Shown piece after piece: positions 20,324 through 30,783 of a DNA stretch of 64,000 bases. Position 1 is the first letter of the stretch, and each line of letters begins with the position of its first letter. Source of the stretch: an uncultured Verrucomicrobiae bacterium (GTDB lineage Bacteria > Verrucomicrobiota > Verrucomicrobiia > Chthoniobacterales > UBA10450). Position numbers and translations under genes: made by a program. Location of the stretch: contig CAWDGJ010000002.1 of NCBI GenBank assembly GCA_963801815.1, positions 576,001 through 640,000 on the forward strand, in the 5' to 3' direction. The notes under the pieces are model-generated. The model searched no databases. It saw nothing but the letters and a program-made list of their open reading frames with translations, and was not told the DNA's origin.

Positions 20324-21163
20324 GTGCGACGTCCGGGTATAACTCGATGGCTCCACGGTAAACGCGAAAAACTGTTGTGGGCAGTCGGGGGAACAGCCGC
20401 GCTCACCGTCATTCTGCTTTCTTGCAGCACGTTTGAAACGAATCGCACGATTCTCGCACCACCCAGCATTCCCGGTGCGGAATTCGTGGGCTCCGAAGCC
20501 TGCGAGACCTGTCATGAATCGATCACGCGAGATTTTCGAACCGCGACTCACGCGCGTTTGAAAGCTCCGGGCGACAACGCCAAGGAGATGGGCTGCGAAT
20601 CATGCCACGGCCCGGGAAGCCTCCATGTCGCCGGAGGTGGCGATAAGAGCAAAATTATTAATCCGCGAAGATCGCCGGACGCCTGTTTCCAATGCCACCT
20701 CGAAGTCCGCGCGCGATTTGAAATGCCGCACCATCATCCAGTGCTCGAAGGAAAGATGAGTTGCGCGGATTGTCATAATCCGCACGTTGGCCGAGCGATC
20801 AAAGGCGGTGGAACCAGTTTGCCGCAGCAAGTCAAAGGCGGTGGCACGCTGCTTCTCGGACAGAACGAGACATGCTTCCAATGTCACGTTGCGCAAGCCG
20901 GTCCGTTCGTGTTCCAGCATGAAGCGTTGAAGGAAGGTTGCGTGAGCTGCCACTCACCTCACGGTTCCGTGAACGCGCGCATGCTCAATGAGCGCAATCA
21001 AACACTCTGTTTGAAGTGTCACTTCCAGGAGCAGAAAGCTGGCGGCCGTATCTTCATTGGCGATTCCGATCACACTAGCCGTCTGCCACAAGGAACCTGC
21101 TGGTCGGCCGGCTGCCACGAAGCCGTCCACGGTTCGCAGGTAAACGGACACTTCAGATATTAA
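20324..21163 (+). CDS. MtrA/DmsE/MtoA-like multiheme cytochrome c (7 CxxCH plus 1 CX4CH), predicted lipoprotein
   Basis: CETCH, CESCH, CFQCH, CADCH, CFQCH, CVSCH, CLKCH, CWSAGCH; CESCHGPGSLH, GPFVFQH and HGS patterns of the MtrA/DmsE family; lipobox LLSC; start GTG 20324 or TTG 20297. Confidence 0.88.
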   Translation: MRRPGITRWLHGKREKLLWAVGGTAALTVILLSCSTFETNRTILAPPSIPGAEFVGSEACETCHESITRDFRTATHARLKAPGDNAKEMGCESCHGPGSLHVAGGGDKSKIINPRRSPDACFQCHLEVRARFEMPHHHPVLEGKMSCADCHNPHVGRAIKGGGTSLPQQVKGGGTLLLGQNETCFQCHVAQAGPFVFQHEALKEGCVSCHSPHGSVNARMLNERNQTLCLKCHFQEQKAGGRIFIGDSDHTSRLPQGTCWSAGCHEAVHGSQVNGHFRY

Positions 21164-21164
21164 T

Positions 21165-23508
21165 ATGAGTGCGTTTCGATTCTCTCCTCTGCCGGTTCGA
21201 GGTTTCGTTCAGCTGACGTTTCTCAGTGTCATCACGCTTTGCCTCAGCTGCCCGCTACGTGCAGACGTAAACGCAGATGGAACCGAGACGTCAGGCGGAA
21301 TATCCGCAAATGACCCCAAGGCTGTTGTTGCGGAAGGGAAAGATGGTAAATCAACCGCCGCGGCGAGCACGACCGAACAAGAGACTGAATACAAGAACTG
21401 GATCGAAGTTGGCGTCGGCGGAACGTGGACGAGCGGTGACAAGGCGCAGTTCGAACAGCAGCACTGGCTGCCGGGCGATCAACCTTACGGGGGGATCACC
21501 GATATGCACTACGAGCACAGCGTTGGCGATAAGGCCACGTTGAGCATTGATGGTCACGCCCTCTGGGATATTAACGATTACGACATCAAAGTTGATCTAT
21601 CGCAGCCGAACGTCGGCTACATTCGCGGAGGATATACCGCGTTTCGCACCTGGTATGATGGCAATGGCGGATTTTTCCCGCCGCACGGCGGCACCTGGTT
21701 CCCGCCGGCCTTCGACGAGATGCACATCGACCGCGGCGAAGTCTGGCTGGAAATGGGACTTCGCGTTCCGGATTGGCCGGAAATCACCATTCATTGGTCC
21801 CACGAGATCCGGGATGGCCAGAAAGATTCGACGATTTGGGGCGACACGACTCTGACCGGTCTCACGATTAATCCTGCTCGAAAACTCGTGCCCGCATATC
21901 GAGACATTGACGAGAAGCGGGACATCCTCGCGGTCGACGCCACAAAGACATTCGGAAATACCGACGTCGGTATCGGAATGCGCTGGGACCATTACACCAT
22001 CGACAATAACCTTCAGCTCGAGCGCGGCGCGGGCCAGTTGCCGCCGGCGGTCCCACCTCCGGGCGCGCAACGATTCATCACTCAGAACGATCAGAACGAT
22101 GTCGATGATTTCACCGGACATATTCTGAGCGAGACCCGCATCAAAGATAATCTCTGGTTTACCTCGGCCTACTCCTATACCACGGAGGGAGCAGATCTTT
22201 CCGGCTCCCGCATCACCGGTGAAGGTTACAATTCGATGTTCGTAACCAGCTTTCCGCAGCTCCAGTCAAACGACCACGCAATCCTGAATCTCGCCGGCAT
22301 GTCCGAGAGTCGCGAGCATGTATTCAACGCCAATCTTTTCTGGATGCCGTTCAAAGACTTGGAAGCGCTCGCTGGTTTTCGTTACACCCATGAAAACATC
22401 GACAGCTCGTCGACGTTCTTGGATGACAACACTGCTACCGCGCCGCCCCCGACGCACTACACTGCTGCAATCCCGAAAGCTGCCGATACATCTGAAGAAA
22501 CAGACGAAACGGCGGAGAGACTGGAGCTTCGCTACAAGCATTTCCAGAACTGGCTCTTTTACGCCGAGGGCGAATGGGAAGAGGATTGGGGTGACGTTCG
22601 CGAGCATGAAGTCAGCGGAACACTAGTTGGGGGTGTGCCGGTGCCATCCGACCAGGGCCAGCTAAATAAAGACACGAACTTCTTCGACCAAAAATACACC
22701 GTCGGCGCTACCTGGTACCCTATGACCCGGCTGAACATGGCGGCGCAGGTACTATTATAGAGAAGCCGATTACGACAATGACTTCCACACCGAGCTCGCA
22801 ACGCCCCCGGTTCCTGGTTCGGAAAGAAATCAGAGGCTCATCGGCCAGGACTGGACCACGAATGATGCGAATATCCGCATCACGGCGCGCCCTAAACTTC
22901 CGGAGATGCTCGGCACGCTTTCGCTGGTGACGCGTTACGACTTCATGCAATCGGAAGTTTCGGGGAAATGGGCGATTTCACCGACATCCCCCTTCCCGCC
23001 GCCGAGCAACACGATCTTAAACGAGGAAATGACCGGACTAATCACCAACCATGTGGTCAGCGAGAGCGCGACATGGAGTCCGTGTCCGCGCTTCTATCTG
23101 CAGGCGGTCGGTGAGTATGTGTTCAATCAAACCGAGACGCCGGCGAGCAAGATCGACCTGATCGCGACTGGCGTGACTCCCTACAACAGCGCGACGGTAG
23201 TCGATTTTCGAAACGATTACTGGACGGTGACGGCCGCCACCGGTTATGTGCTCGACGAGTACACCGATCTACGTGCTGATTACACGTTCTATTGCGCGAA
23301 CGATCACTTTAAAAACAGCCGGGTGGCGATGCCGTACGGACTGGGCGCAACCGAGCACACCCTGGGGGCCACGGCCAGCCGTCAGCTCACGAAGCAGATT
23401 CGCCTGACCTTGCAATACAAATTCTTCGATTACCGGGACGAATTGTTTGGCGGTCACAATAATTACACTGCAAACTCTATTTTTTCTGGGCTTCAATATC
23501 GTTTCTAA
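21165..23508 (+). CDS. Large outer-membrane beta-barrel, MtrB/PioB/MtoB-like; one frameshift near 22749
   Basis: Signal peptide, amphipathic aromatic-rich strands, C-terminal beta-signal GLQYRF; starts 1 bp after the multiheme gene. Removing one G joins AAQ to YYYREADYDN (780 aa). Confidence 0.82.
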
Positions 23509-23544
23509 GTTTGGTAAGAACGTAAATCCGAAGAAAATCTGTCT

Positions 23545-23874
23545 ATGAAAACAATTGTTTCACTCGTTGTCGTTTTACTCGTTGCATCCGCAATTTCCAG
23601 CCGGGCGGCCGACGCAAAAGCCTTGTGGACGGCTAATTGCACGCCGTGTCATGGCGCCAGCGGAAATGGCGACACTAAAATGGGGAAAACCCTCGGCGCA
23701 GCGGACCTGACCGATGCGAAGAAGCAGGCGTCATTCACCGATGCCCAAGCCACCACGGCGATCAAAGACGGCGTGAAGCAGAACGGTAAACTGGCAATGA
23801 AGGCTTTTGGCGGGAAACTGTCCGATGATGATATCAAGGCGCTGGTGGCCTACGTCCGGACTTTGAAGAAATAG
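23545..23874 (+). CDS. Periplasmic monoheme class I cytochrome c (c6/c553-like), copy 1
   Basis: Signal peptide, CTPCH, distal Met in AMKAFG. Confidence 0.92.
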   Translation: MKTIVSLVVVLLVASAISSRAADAKALWTANCTPCHGASGNGDTKMGKTLGAADLTDAKKQASFTDAQATTAIKDGVKQNGKLAMKAFGGKLSDDDIKALVAYVRTLKK

Positions 23875-23911
23875 CAGACGCGCGGCGTCGAAGCTGGGAA
23901 AGCAAAATCTT

Positions 23912-24217
23912 ATGAAACGAAAAATCGGCTTGTTATTGGCAACAATTCTTAGTTCGGCCGGAATAGCGGCGGCCGCAGACGCAAGCGCCACTTGGGCTGC
24001 GAATTGTGCGTCGTGTCACGGAAAGGACGGGAGTGGTAACACCATGATGGGGAAGAAGCTCGGGGTAAAGGATTACACCAAAGACCAAAGTTTCAGTGAC
24101 GCCGATGCCACCAACGCGATTAAGAACGGCAAAGAGAAAATGAAAGGCTTTGGCAGCAAGCTCTCCGACGCCGACATCAAGGCACTGGTCGCGTACGTGC
24201 GGACATTGAAGAAGTAA
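23912..24217 (+). CDS. Periplasmic monoheme class I cytochrome c, copy 2
   Basis: Signal peptide, CASCH, KMKGFG. Confidence 0.92.
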   Translation: MKRKIGLLLATILSSAGIAAAADASATWAANCASCHGKDGSGNTMMGKKLGVKDYTKDQSFSDADATNAIKNGKEKMKGFGSKLSDADIKALVAYVRTLKK

Positions 24218-24243
24218 TCACGCGCGCACCGGAAACGTATTCC

Positions 24244-24570
24244 GTGAAGGGAAAAATCTGTCTGTCACTCGCAACGATCATGTGTTCGGCAGGAATTGCG
24301 GGCGCCGACGCCGGCGCAACATGGAATGCGAATTGTGCCACCTGCCACGGGAAAGATGGTAGTGGCAACACAATGATGGGCAAGAAATTGAACACCAAGG
24401 ATTATCGCGATCCCAAAGTACAGGCTGTGTTCAGTGACGGCGAAGCCGAACGGGCGATCAAGGAAGGCGTTAAGACCAATGGCAAGGAGACGATGAAGGC
24501 GTTCGGCGGAAAAGTTTCCGACACCGACGTCAAGGCCCTGGTCGCCTACATTCGCTCGTTCAAAAAGTAG
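24244..24570 (+). CDS. Periplasmic monoheme class I cytochrome c, copy 3
   Basis: GTG start, signal peptide, CATCH, TMKAFG. Confidence 0.9.
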   Translation: MKGKICLSLATIMCSAGIAGADAGATWNANCATCHGKDGSGNTMMGKKLNTKDYRDPKVQAVFSDGEAERAIKEGVKTNGKETMKAFGGKVSDTDVKALVAYIRSFKK

Positions 24571-24646
24571 TATATAACTTTAATTTTTACCGATTTTCCC
24601 AGGTCGGGCTCCAGTGGGATCAACAATTTATCTAGACAATTGATCG

Positions 24647-26132
24647 ATGGCTGAACCGGTCGCTTCCTCAAATCCGCGACCGCAGCGTTTTCGTAATTGG
24701 ATCAGCTGGTTCGGGCTCCTGCTCGCCACCAGCGCGCTCTTTTCTTTCTTCTTACTCTTCGCGATCGATCTCTTTGCAGGTCATCCGAATCCGTATCTCG
24801 GAATTCTCGCATACGTCATCGCCCCGACCTTTTTCGTTCTTGGCCTGGCCATCACTTTGTTCGGGGCAATTTTGCAGTGGCGAAGAAATCGCCGCGCGGT
24901 AAAAGCGGCCGAACCGCTCGTCCTGAAAATCGATCTCTCCCGGCCTCGGGACCGCAAGTTTCTTTGGGTGTTCGGAGGCGTCGCGGTTCTGTTTTTGTTC
25001 GTGACCGCGCTGGGCAGTTACCAGACCTACCAACTGACCGAGTCGGTCCAGTTCTGCGGAAAGGCCTGTCACCTTCCGATGGAACCGCAACTTGTTGCCG
25101 CACAACACACCGCGCACGCAAAGGTGGAATGCGTCGCATGCCATGTCGGTCCCGGTGCGGCGGCGTATTTCAAGACCAAGCTCAACGGCGTAAAGCAGCT
25201 TTATCACACGGCGCGGAATGATTTCGACCGCCCGATTCACATGACTGCCGCCAATCCACGGCCGCCGCAGGCGATTTGCGAGCAGTGCCACTGGCCGCAG
25301 CGTTACGTCGGCAACGTCGACCGCACGTTTCAACATTTTCTCTCCGACGAAAAGAACACACCGTTCGCAGTGCGGCTGCTGTTGAATGTCGGCGGCGGCG
25401 ACCCATCCAACGGCCCGCCCGGCGGAATTCATTGGCACATGAACATCGGCAATAAGATCGAATACATCGCCACCGACGAGCAGCGAATGTCGATTCCGTG
25501 GGTGCGCATGACCAATCCACAAGGCACCGTCACCGAATATCGCGATCCCGATTTCAAGGGGGATCTGGCGAAGTATGAGATTCACACGGATGGATTGCAT
25601 GGATTGCCACAGCCGACCCGCGCATAAGGTGCACACACCGAACGATGCGGTTGATCTTGCGCTCATGACCAACCGGCTCGATGCCAGCATTCCCTGGGTC
25701 AAATCCAAAGTCGTGGCAGCGCTGACACAGCCGTACAAAACAAAGGCCGAAGCCGAACAGGGAATCTCGACTGCTTTGAAAAAGGATTACCCCGACCCGG
25801 CCGTGGCCGATCGCATTATCAACGTTGCGCAATCGATCTATAGCGAAAACTTCTTCCCGGAAGTAAAGCTTGATTGGCGAACGCATCCGGATTTCGTCGG
25901 GCACAAAAACTGGAATGGCTGTTTCCGTTGCCACGACGGCAAACACGTCGCGGCCGACGGGAAAATGTCGATTAAGGCGAGCGATTGCAAATCGTGTCAC
26001 TTGATTCTGGCGCAAGGCGATCCCGCAGGGATGAAGCAAATCAACGCTCAGGGCTTCGATTTCGTTCATATCGATGCTCCCTACTCCGAATTTTCATGCA
26101 CTGATTGCCATACGGGCGGTCCTCAGAAATAA
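24647..26132 (+). CDS. NapC/NirT-domain inner-membrane heptaheme cytochrome c (ImcH-like); one frameshift near 25588
   Basis: Three N-terminal TM helices; CGKACH, CVACH, CEQCH, CMDCH, CFRCH, CKSCH, CTDCH. Removing one G joins EIHT to MDCMDCH (494 aa). Confidence 0.82.
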
Positions 26133-26142
26133 TACTGGGGCG

Positions 26143-27216
26143 ATGAAAGGGATTCTGTTTTTGATTTTGATGGTCGCCATGCTCGGGGCCTGCCAAAAAA
26201 ACTCTGAGATCAAAGTTTATCGCGTTTCCAAAGCACCACTCGAAGAGTCGGCACCCGATCAGCAGGCGGCGATGCCGGCGAATGCACCGTCGCCTTCGAT
26301 GCCTGGTGGCATGGCTCCAACCATGTCCACAGCTTCCGTTCCCTCTCCGCCGAATTGGGAACCGCAACCCTTGTCGCAGATGCGCCAGGCAAGTTTTGTC
26401 GTTAAAGGCGACAAGGGCGCGGTTGCAGACATTTCGTTTGTCAGTCTCGGCGCTTCCGCGGGCAATGTGCTCGAAAATGTGAATCGCTGGTTGTCGCAAA
26501 TTGGGCAACCGGCAATCGACGAGCAAAAGCTCAATCAAATCGCGCAACACCTCACGACTTCGATCGGCGACATGACGATTGTCGATTTGGCCGGCTTGCC
26601 CAGCGGCGCTGATCCGGCGAAAGACGGCAGAATTATTGCCGGAATGACTTCCGTCAATGGCTCGACATTATTTTTCAAGATCCGTGGTAACGACGCGTTG
26701 ACCGAATCGCAGAAGGGCGAGTTCATCAAATGGGTTGCGGCGATTTGCAACGCACAAGGAGGAAACAAAATGCCGCAAGCCGCGGGCGCGATGCCGCCGC
26801 AGACTTCAGACAATCCGCAGATCAAATGGCAAATGCCCGCGAGTTGGAGCGAAGTTCCGCCGTCAGCGATGCGTTACGCAAGTTTTAGCGCTGGCGCCAA
26901 CGACGACAAGATCGACATCTCGATTGTCACATTTCCTGGCGAAGGGGGCAGCGACGCCGACAACGTAAACCGCTGGAGACAACAGATCAGTTTGCCGCCG
27001 ATGACTCCGGCTGCGGTCGCCACCCAAATCGCGCCCTTGAAAACGGGCGACGGAACTTTTTCGACCGTGGATATTGCCGGCGCAAACGCGCGCACCCTCG
27101 CCGCCTGGACACGGCGCGATGGACACGTTTGGTTTTTCAAGGCGACGGGTCCGGGCACCGCGGTTGAAAAAGAAAAACCTAATTTTGTGAAGTTCCTTCA
27201 ATCCGTCCGATTCTAA
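26143..27216 (+). CDS. Lipoprotein with an internally duplicated domain of unknown function
   Basis: Lipobox LGAC; two copies of W...P...MRxASF...DIS...NVNRW..QI...FFKxxG...K..F.K. Confidence 0.8.
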   Translation: MKGILFLILMVAMLGACQKNSEIKVYRVSKAPLEESAPDQQAAMPANAPSPSMPGGMAPTMSTASVPSPPNWEPQPLSQMRQASFVVKGDKGAVADISFVSLGASAGNVLENVNRWLSQIGQPAIDEQKLNQIAQHLTTSIGDMTIVDLAGLPSGADPAKDGRIIAGMTSVNGSTLFFKIRGNDALTESQKGEFIKWVAAICNAQGGNKMPQAAGAMPPQTSDNPQIKWQMPASWSEVPPSAMRYASFSAGANDDKIDISIVTFPGEGGSDADNVNRWRQQISLPPMTPAAVATQIAPLKTGDGTFSTVDIAGANARTLAAWTRRDGHVWFFKATGPGTAVEKEKPNFVKFLQSVRF

Positions 27217-27220
27217 GAAG

Positions 27221-28381
27221 ATGCTCCGTAAGATTATCGATTTAACCACGTCACTGAGGCTGACAATCGTTTGTCTGGCTGCGGCAATGGCGTTGATTTT
27301 CGCGGGCACGCTCGCCCAGATTCATCTTGGCATTCACGAAGCGCAGCAACGCTATTTCCAAAGCTGGCTGGTTTGGTGGCCAGCCGAAGGAAATGGTTTT
27401 CGAATTCCAATTTTCCCGGGCGGCCACCTCATTGGCGCGATATTGCTGGTTAATCTGATCGCCGCGCACGTGAAACGGTTTCGCTGGACCTGGCGAAAGT
27501 TTGGCATCCATCTCACCCACGCCGGACTGATCATTATGCTCGCTGGCGGGCTCTTCACCGATCTGTTTGCGGTCGAGAGCCACTTGCGGCTCGAGCGCGG
27601 CGACACGAAGAATTATTCGGAAGACCAGCGGCACATGGAACTGGCTGTGATCGACACGACCGACAAAGATCTCGACCAGGTCACGGCGATTCCCGAGTCG
27701 GTTTTGAAAACCAACCGGACCATCGATCACTGGAGTCTGCCTTTTCGAATCGTGGTCCGGAACTTTTACGAGAATTCTCGCCTTAGAATGCTAAGCGAAG
27801 CCGGGAGCAACGTGCGGCCGATTGCAAACCAAGGGCCAGGCGCGATGATCGCCGTTGAACCGGTGCCACGGACAACCGCGCAAGACGAGCGGGATGTGCC
27901 AGCCGCGGCAATCGAAATTCTTCCCAAAGATGGCGGTTCGCTAGGCACCTGGCTTGTTTCCGACGCGCTCGGGGCGCCGCAAACATTTTCCTGCGGCGGC
28001 CGGACCTGGATGCTCGCGATGCGGACCGCACGTTATTACAAACCCTACAGCGTGACGTTGCAAAAGTTCACGCATGAGAAATACGCCGGCACCGAGATCC
28101 CGAAAAATTTCGCCAGCAAAGTCACGTTGATCGATCCGGAGCGAAACGTAAATCGCGACGTGCTGATTTACATGAATCATCCGTTGAGGTATCGAGGCGA
28201 AACATTTTATCAGGCGGGTTTTCAGCAGGACGATCGTGCGACCATTCTTCAAGTTGTGCACAATCCGAGCTTTCTCGCGCCATATGTTGCCTGCATAATC
28301 GTCGCTGCCGGCTTGCTCTGGCAATTTGGTTTCCATCTTGTCGGATTCGCGCGGCAAAAACGGAGGGCTGCAACGTCATGA
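27221..28381 (+). CDS. resB: Cytochrome c biogenesis System II protein ResB/CcsB
   Basis: SLRLTIV...GTLAQ, GIHLTHAGL, IYMNHPLRYRG.TFYQ; directly upstream of ccsA. Confidence 0.85.
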   Translation: MLRKIIDLTTSLRLTIVCLAAAMALIFAGTLAQIHLGIHEAQQRYFQSWLVWWPAEGNGFRIPIFPGGHLIGAILLVNLIAAHVKRFRWTWRKFGIHLTHAGLIIMLAGGLFTDLFAVESHLRLERGDTKNYSEDQRHMELAVIDTTDKDLDQVTAIPESVLKTNRTIDHWSLPFRIVVRNFYENSRLRMLSEAGSNVRPIANQGPGAMIAVEPVPRTTAQDERDVPAAAIEILPKDGGSLGTWLVSDALGAPQTFSCGGRTWMLAMRTARYYKPYSVTLQKFTHEKYAGTEIPKNFASKVTLIDPERNVNRDVLIYMNHPLRYRGETFYQAGFQQDDRATILQVVHNPSFLAPYVACIIVAAGLLWQFGFHLVGFARQKRRAATS

Positions 28382-30255
28382 AACGGTTTATACCACTTGT
28401 TGTCTTGCTCGTGATGGCCGGTTGGATCGCTGGAAACTGGATGCCGCCCAAAATGGCAACTGGCGATGTCGATCTCACGAAATTCGGACAACTTCCGGTG
28501 TTGGTCGGCGGGCGGGTTAAACCGCTCGACACCGTCGCGCGCAATTCGCTCTTAATCATCCATGGCAAACAAGAGCTGCGACTCGAGAACGGCCGCAACT
28601 TGAGCGCGATTCAATGGCTGACCGACGTTCTCTTCAAAGCGTCGGTCGCGGACCAATACCCGGTGTTTCTGGTCCAAAACGACGAGGTCCTGGGCCTGTT
28701 TGGCTGGGAGCAAAGTCAGCGGAAATATTTCAGCTTCGTCGAGTTCTCACCGTTCCTAAAACAGATCGAAGAACAAGGCGACCAGGCGGACAAACTCGAG
28801 GCCGTGCAACGCTCCGCCTTTCAGAGCGCGATCCTGAATCTGCGAAATAGCCTCGTCCTCTATCAGCGGCTGAAGAACAGCGTTCAACTCGAAGGAACGC
28901 AAAACTTCGTGACCGAATTGAAAACCTACATCGCAAATGTTCCGGGAGCCGCCAAAGCGGCCACTCAGGCTCAGCGTGGCGAGAATTTCGATCGATCGAA
29001 ATTGAATGACGTAGCCGAGCTAATCCAAAAATACGAGAAGGCTTCGGAAATGGCTTATATCCTCGCTGTTCCACCGTTGGATCAGGGCAAAGATTGGCAT
29101 TCGATTGGAGACAGTTTGCTGCACTCGGTCGCGACGGGTGAAATTCATTCGATCGTTTTCGAATATGCGCAGATCGGGGACGCCTATCGTGCAGGCGATC
29201 ACGCAAGCTTTGATCAGCACGTCGATGTTGCGGCGAACTGGTTTGCGAAAGAACAACCAAACGCGGTCAAGCGAGCTTCCTTCGAGTCTTTGTTCAATCG
29301 CTTGCAACCGTTCAGCCAAAGCATGGCGCTTTACGTCCTCGCGTTTTTGCTGGCATGCGCTTCCTGGCTCGGCTGGAGCCGAACCCTTGCCCGCACGGCG
29401 TTTTATCTTTTGCTGCTCGCGCTCGCGATTCACAGCTTTGGACTGTTCTCGCGTATGTATCTGCAGGAGCGTCCGCCCGTCACAAACCTCTATTCATCGG
29501 CAATTTTCATCGGCTGGGGCGCGGTGATTGTCTCGCTGATTCTGGAACGGATTTTCCGGGATGGAATCGGCGCGGCCTGCGCAGGCGCGATCGGATTCGT
29601 CACCTTGATCATCGCGCACCATCTCGCTGGCAGCGGCGACACGCTCGAAATGTTACAGGCCGTCCTCGACACCAACATTTGGCTGGCGACGCACGTCGTT
29701 TGTATCACCACCGGCTACTCCGCAATGTTCCTGGCCGGAATGCTCGCCATCATCTACATCGTGCGTGGCGTTTTCACGAACTCACTGAAAAAGGAGACGG
29801 CCGATTCACTGGCGCGCATGACTTACGGCGTGGTTTGTTTCGCGACCCTGTTCAGCTTTGTCGGCACGGTGCTTGGCGGAATCTGGGCCGACCAGTCATG
29901 GGGACGCTTCTGGGGTTGGGACCCAAAAGAAAACGGCGCCGTGCTCATCGTCCTCTGGTGCGCGATCACTTTGCACGCACGCTGGGGCGGATTCATTCGT
30001 CAACGCGGACTAATGATGATGGCGGTCTTCGGAAACATCGTGACTAGTTTTTCCTGGTTCGGCGTGAACATGCTCGGCGTTGGGCTGCATTCCTATGGCT
30101 TCATGCAGAAAGCGTTTCCCTGGTTGCTTGGGTTTATGATCAGTCAGCTTGCGTTAATCACGATTGCGAGCATGCCTTTGGAACATTGGAAAAGTTTTCG
30201 CGCCGCGAGTAACGCATCGCCTGACGATCAGCTGTCTGCTCCAACAACAGCTTGA
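28378..30255 (+). CDS. ccsA: Cytochrome c biogenesis System II heme ligase CcsA/ResC with a large periplasmic N-terminal domain
   Basis: WWD domain GGIWADQSWGRFWGWDPKE, GLHSYG, WLATHV. Confidence 0.93.
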   Translation: MKRFIPLVVLLVMAGWIAGNWMPPKMATGDVDLTKFGQLPVLVGGRVKPLDTVARNSLLIIHGKQELRLENGRNLSAIQWLTDVLFKASVADQYPVFLVQNDEVLGLFGWEQSQRKYFSFVEFSPFLKQIEEQGDQADKLEAVQRSAFQSAILNLRNSLVLYQRLKNSVQLEGTQNFVTELKTYIANVPGAAKAATQAQRGENFDRSKLNDVAELIQKYEKASEMAYILAVPPLDQGKDWHSIGDSLLHSVATGEIHSIVFEYAQIGDAYRAGDHASFDQHVDVAANWFAKEQPNAVKRASFESLFNRLQPFSQSMALYVLAFLLACASWLGWSRTLARTAFYLLLLALAIHSFGLFSRMYLQERPPVTNLYSSAIFIGWGAVIVSLILERIFRDGIGAACAGAIGFVTLIIAHHLAGSGDTLEMLQAVLDTNIWLATHVVCITTGYSAMFLAGMLAIIYIVRGVFTNSLKKETADSLARMTYGVVCFATLFSFVGTVLGGIWADQSWGRFWGWDPKENGAVLIVLWCAITLHARWGGFIRQRGLMMMAVFGNIVTSFSWFGVNMLGVGLHSYGFMQKAFPWLLGFMISQLALITIASMPLEHWKSFRAASNASPDDQLSAPTTA

Positions 30256-30293
30256 TACCATGATCGCCGCCCGATAGCATTTTGGATCGAACC

Positions 30294-30755
30294 ATGGAAG
30301 AACGAGGCCCTTCCAATTCGAAAACGTCCCGTCGACATTTTCTCGATCTCATTCTCGGGGCCAGTGCCCTGGCCTGGGTCGCGAGTATCGCGTATCCGGT
30401 CATTCGTTATCTCAAGCCGCTTCCGCAAACCGGGCCGACTGGACCAACTCATTTAACGCGTGACGAGGCAGCCAAGCTCGAGCAAAACAAATTCGTCATC
30501 GTACCGGTGAGCGGCCAGCGGGTGATTGTGTTGCAATCGCAGGACCAGTTGTTCGCGTTTGGCGCGAAATGCACCCACGAAGGTTGCACAATTACTTATT
30601 TGCCAGGGCAATCGGTCATGTGGTGCCCGTGTCACGATGGCCGGTTCGACATGAACGGCCGCGTTCTTTCCGGTCCGCCACCCCAACCACTCACGAAGTA
30701 CATCGCCCAACGCCAACCCGACGGCAGCATCATCGTTTCTGAACAACACGCCTGA
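30294..30755 (+). CDS. Rieske iron-sulfur subunit of a bc-type complex
   Basis: Tat motif SRRHFL plus TM helix; CTHEGC and CPCHDGRF boxes; GPPP. Confidence 0.93.
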   Translation: MEERGPSNSKTSRRHFLDLILGASALAWVASIAYPVIRYLKPLPQTGPTGPTHLTRDEAAKLEQNKFVIVPVSGQRVIVLQSQDQLFAFGAKCTHEGCTITYLPGQSVMWCPCHDGRFDMNGRVLSGPPPQPLTKYIAQRQPDGSIIVSEQHA

Positions 30756-30783
30756 CAACAATAAGCCGAAGGGCGGCGGTCTG

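Noticed and set aside
22741..22760. Programmed frameshifting or phase variation in the porin and ImcH-like genes
   Set aside because: No slippery heptamer or long homopolymer at these sites, and the same one-base insertion pattern affects unrelated genes.
24752..25738. 328-aa minus-strand ORF and similar long antisense ORFs (for example 35401..36180, 44367..45149, 46403..47065, 51512..52282)
   Set aside because: They lie opposite well-supported genes, have no motifs, and are expected shadows of GC-rich codon usage.
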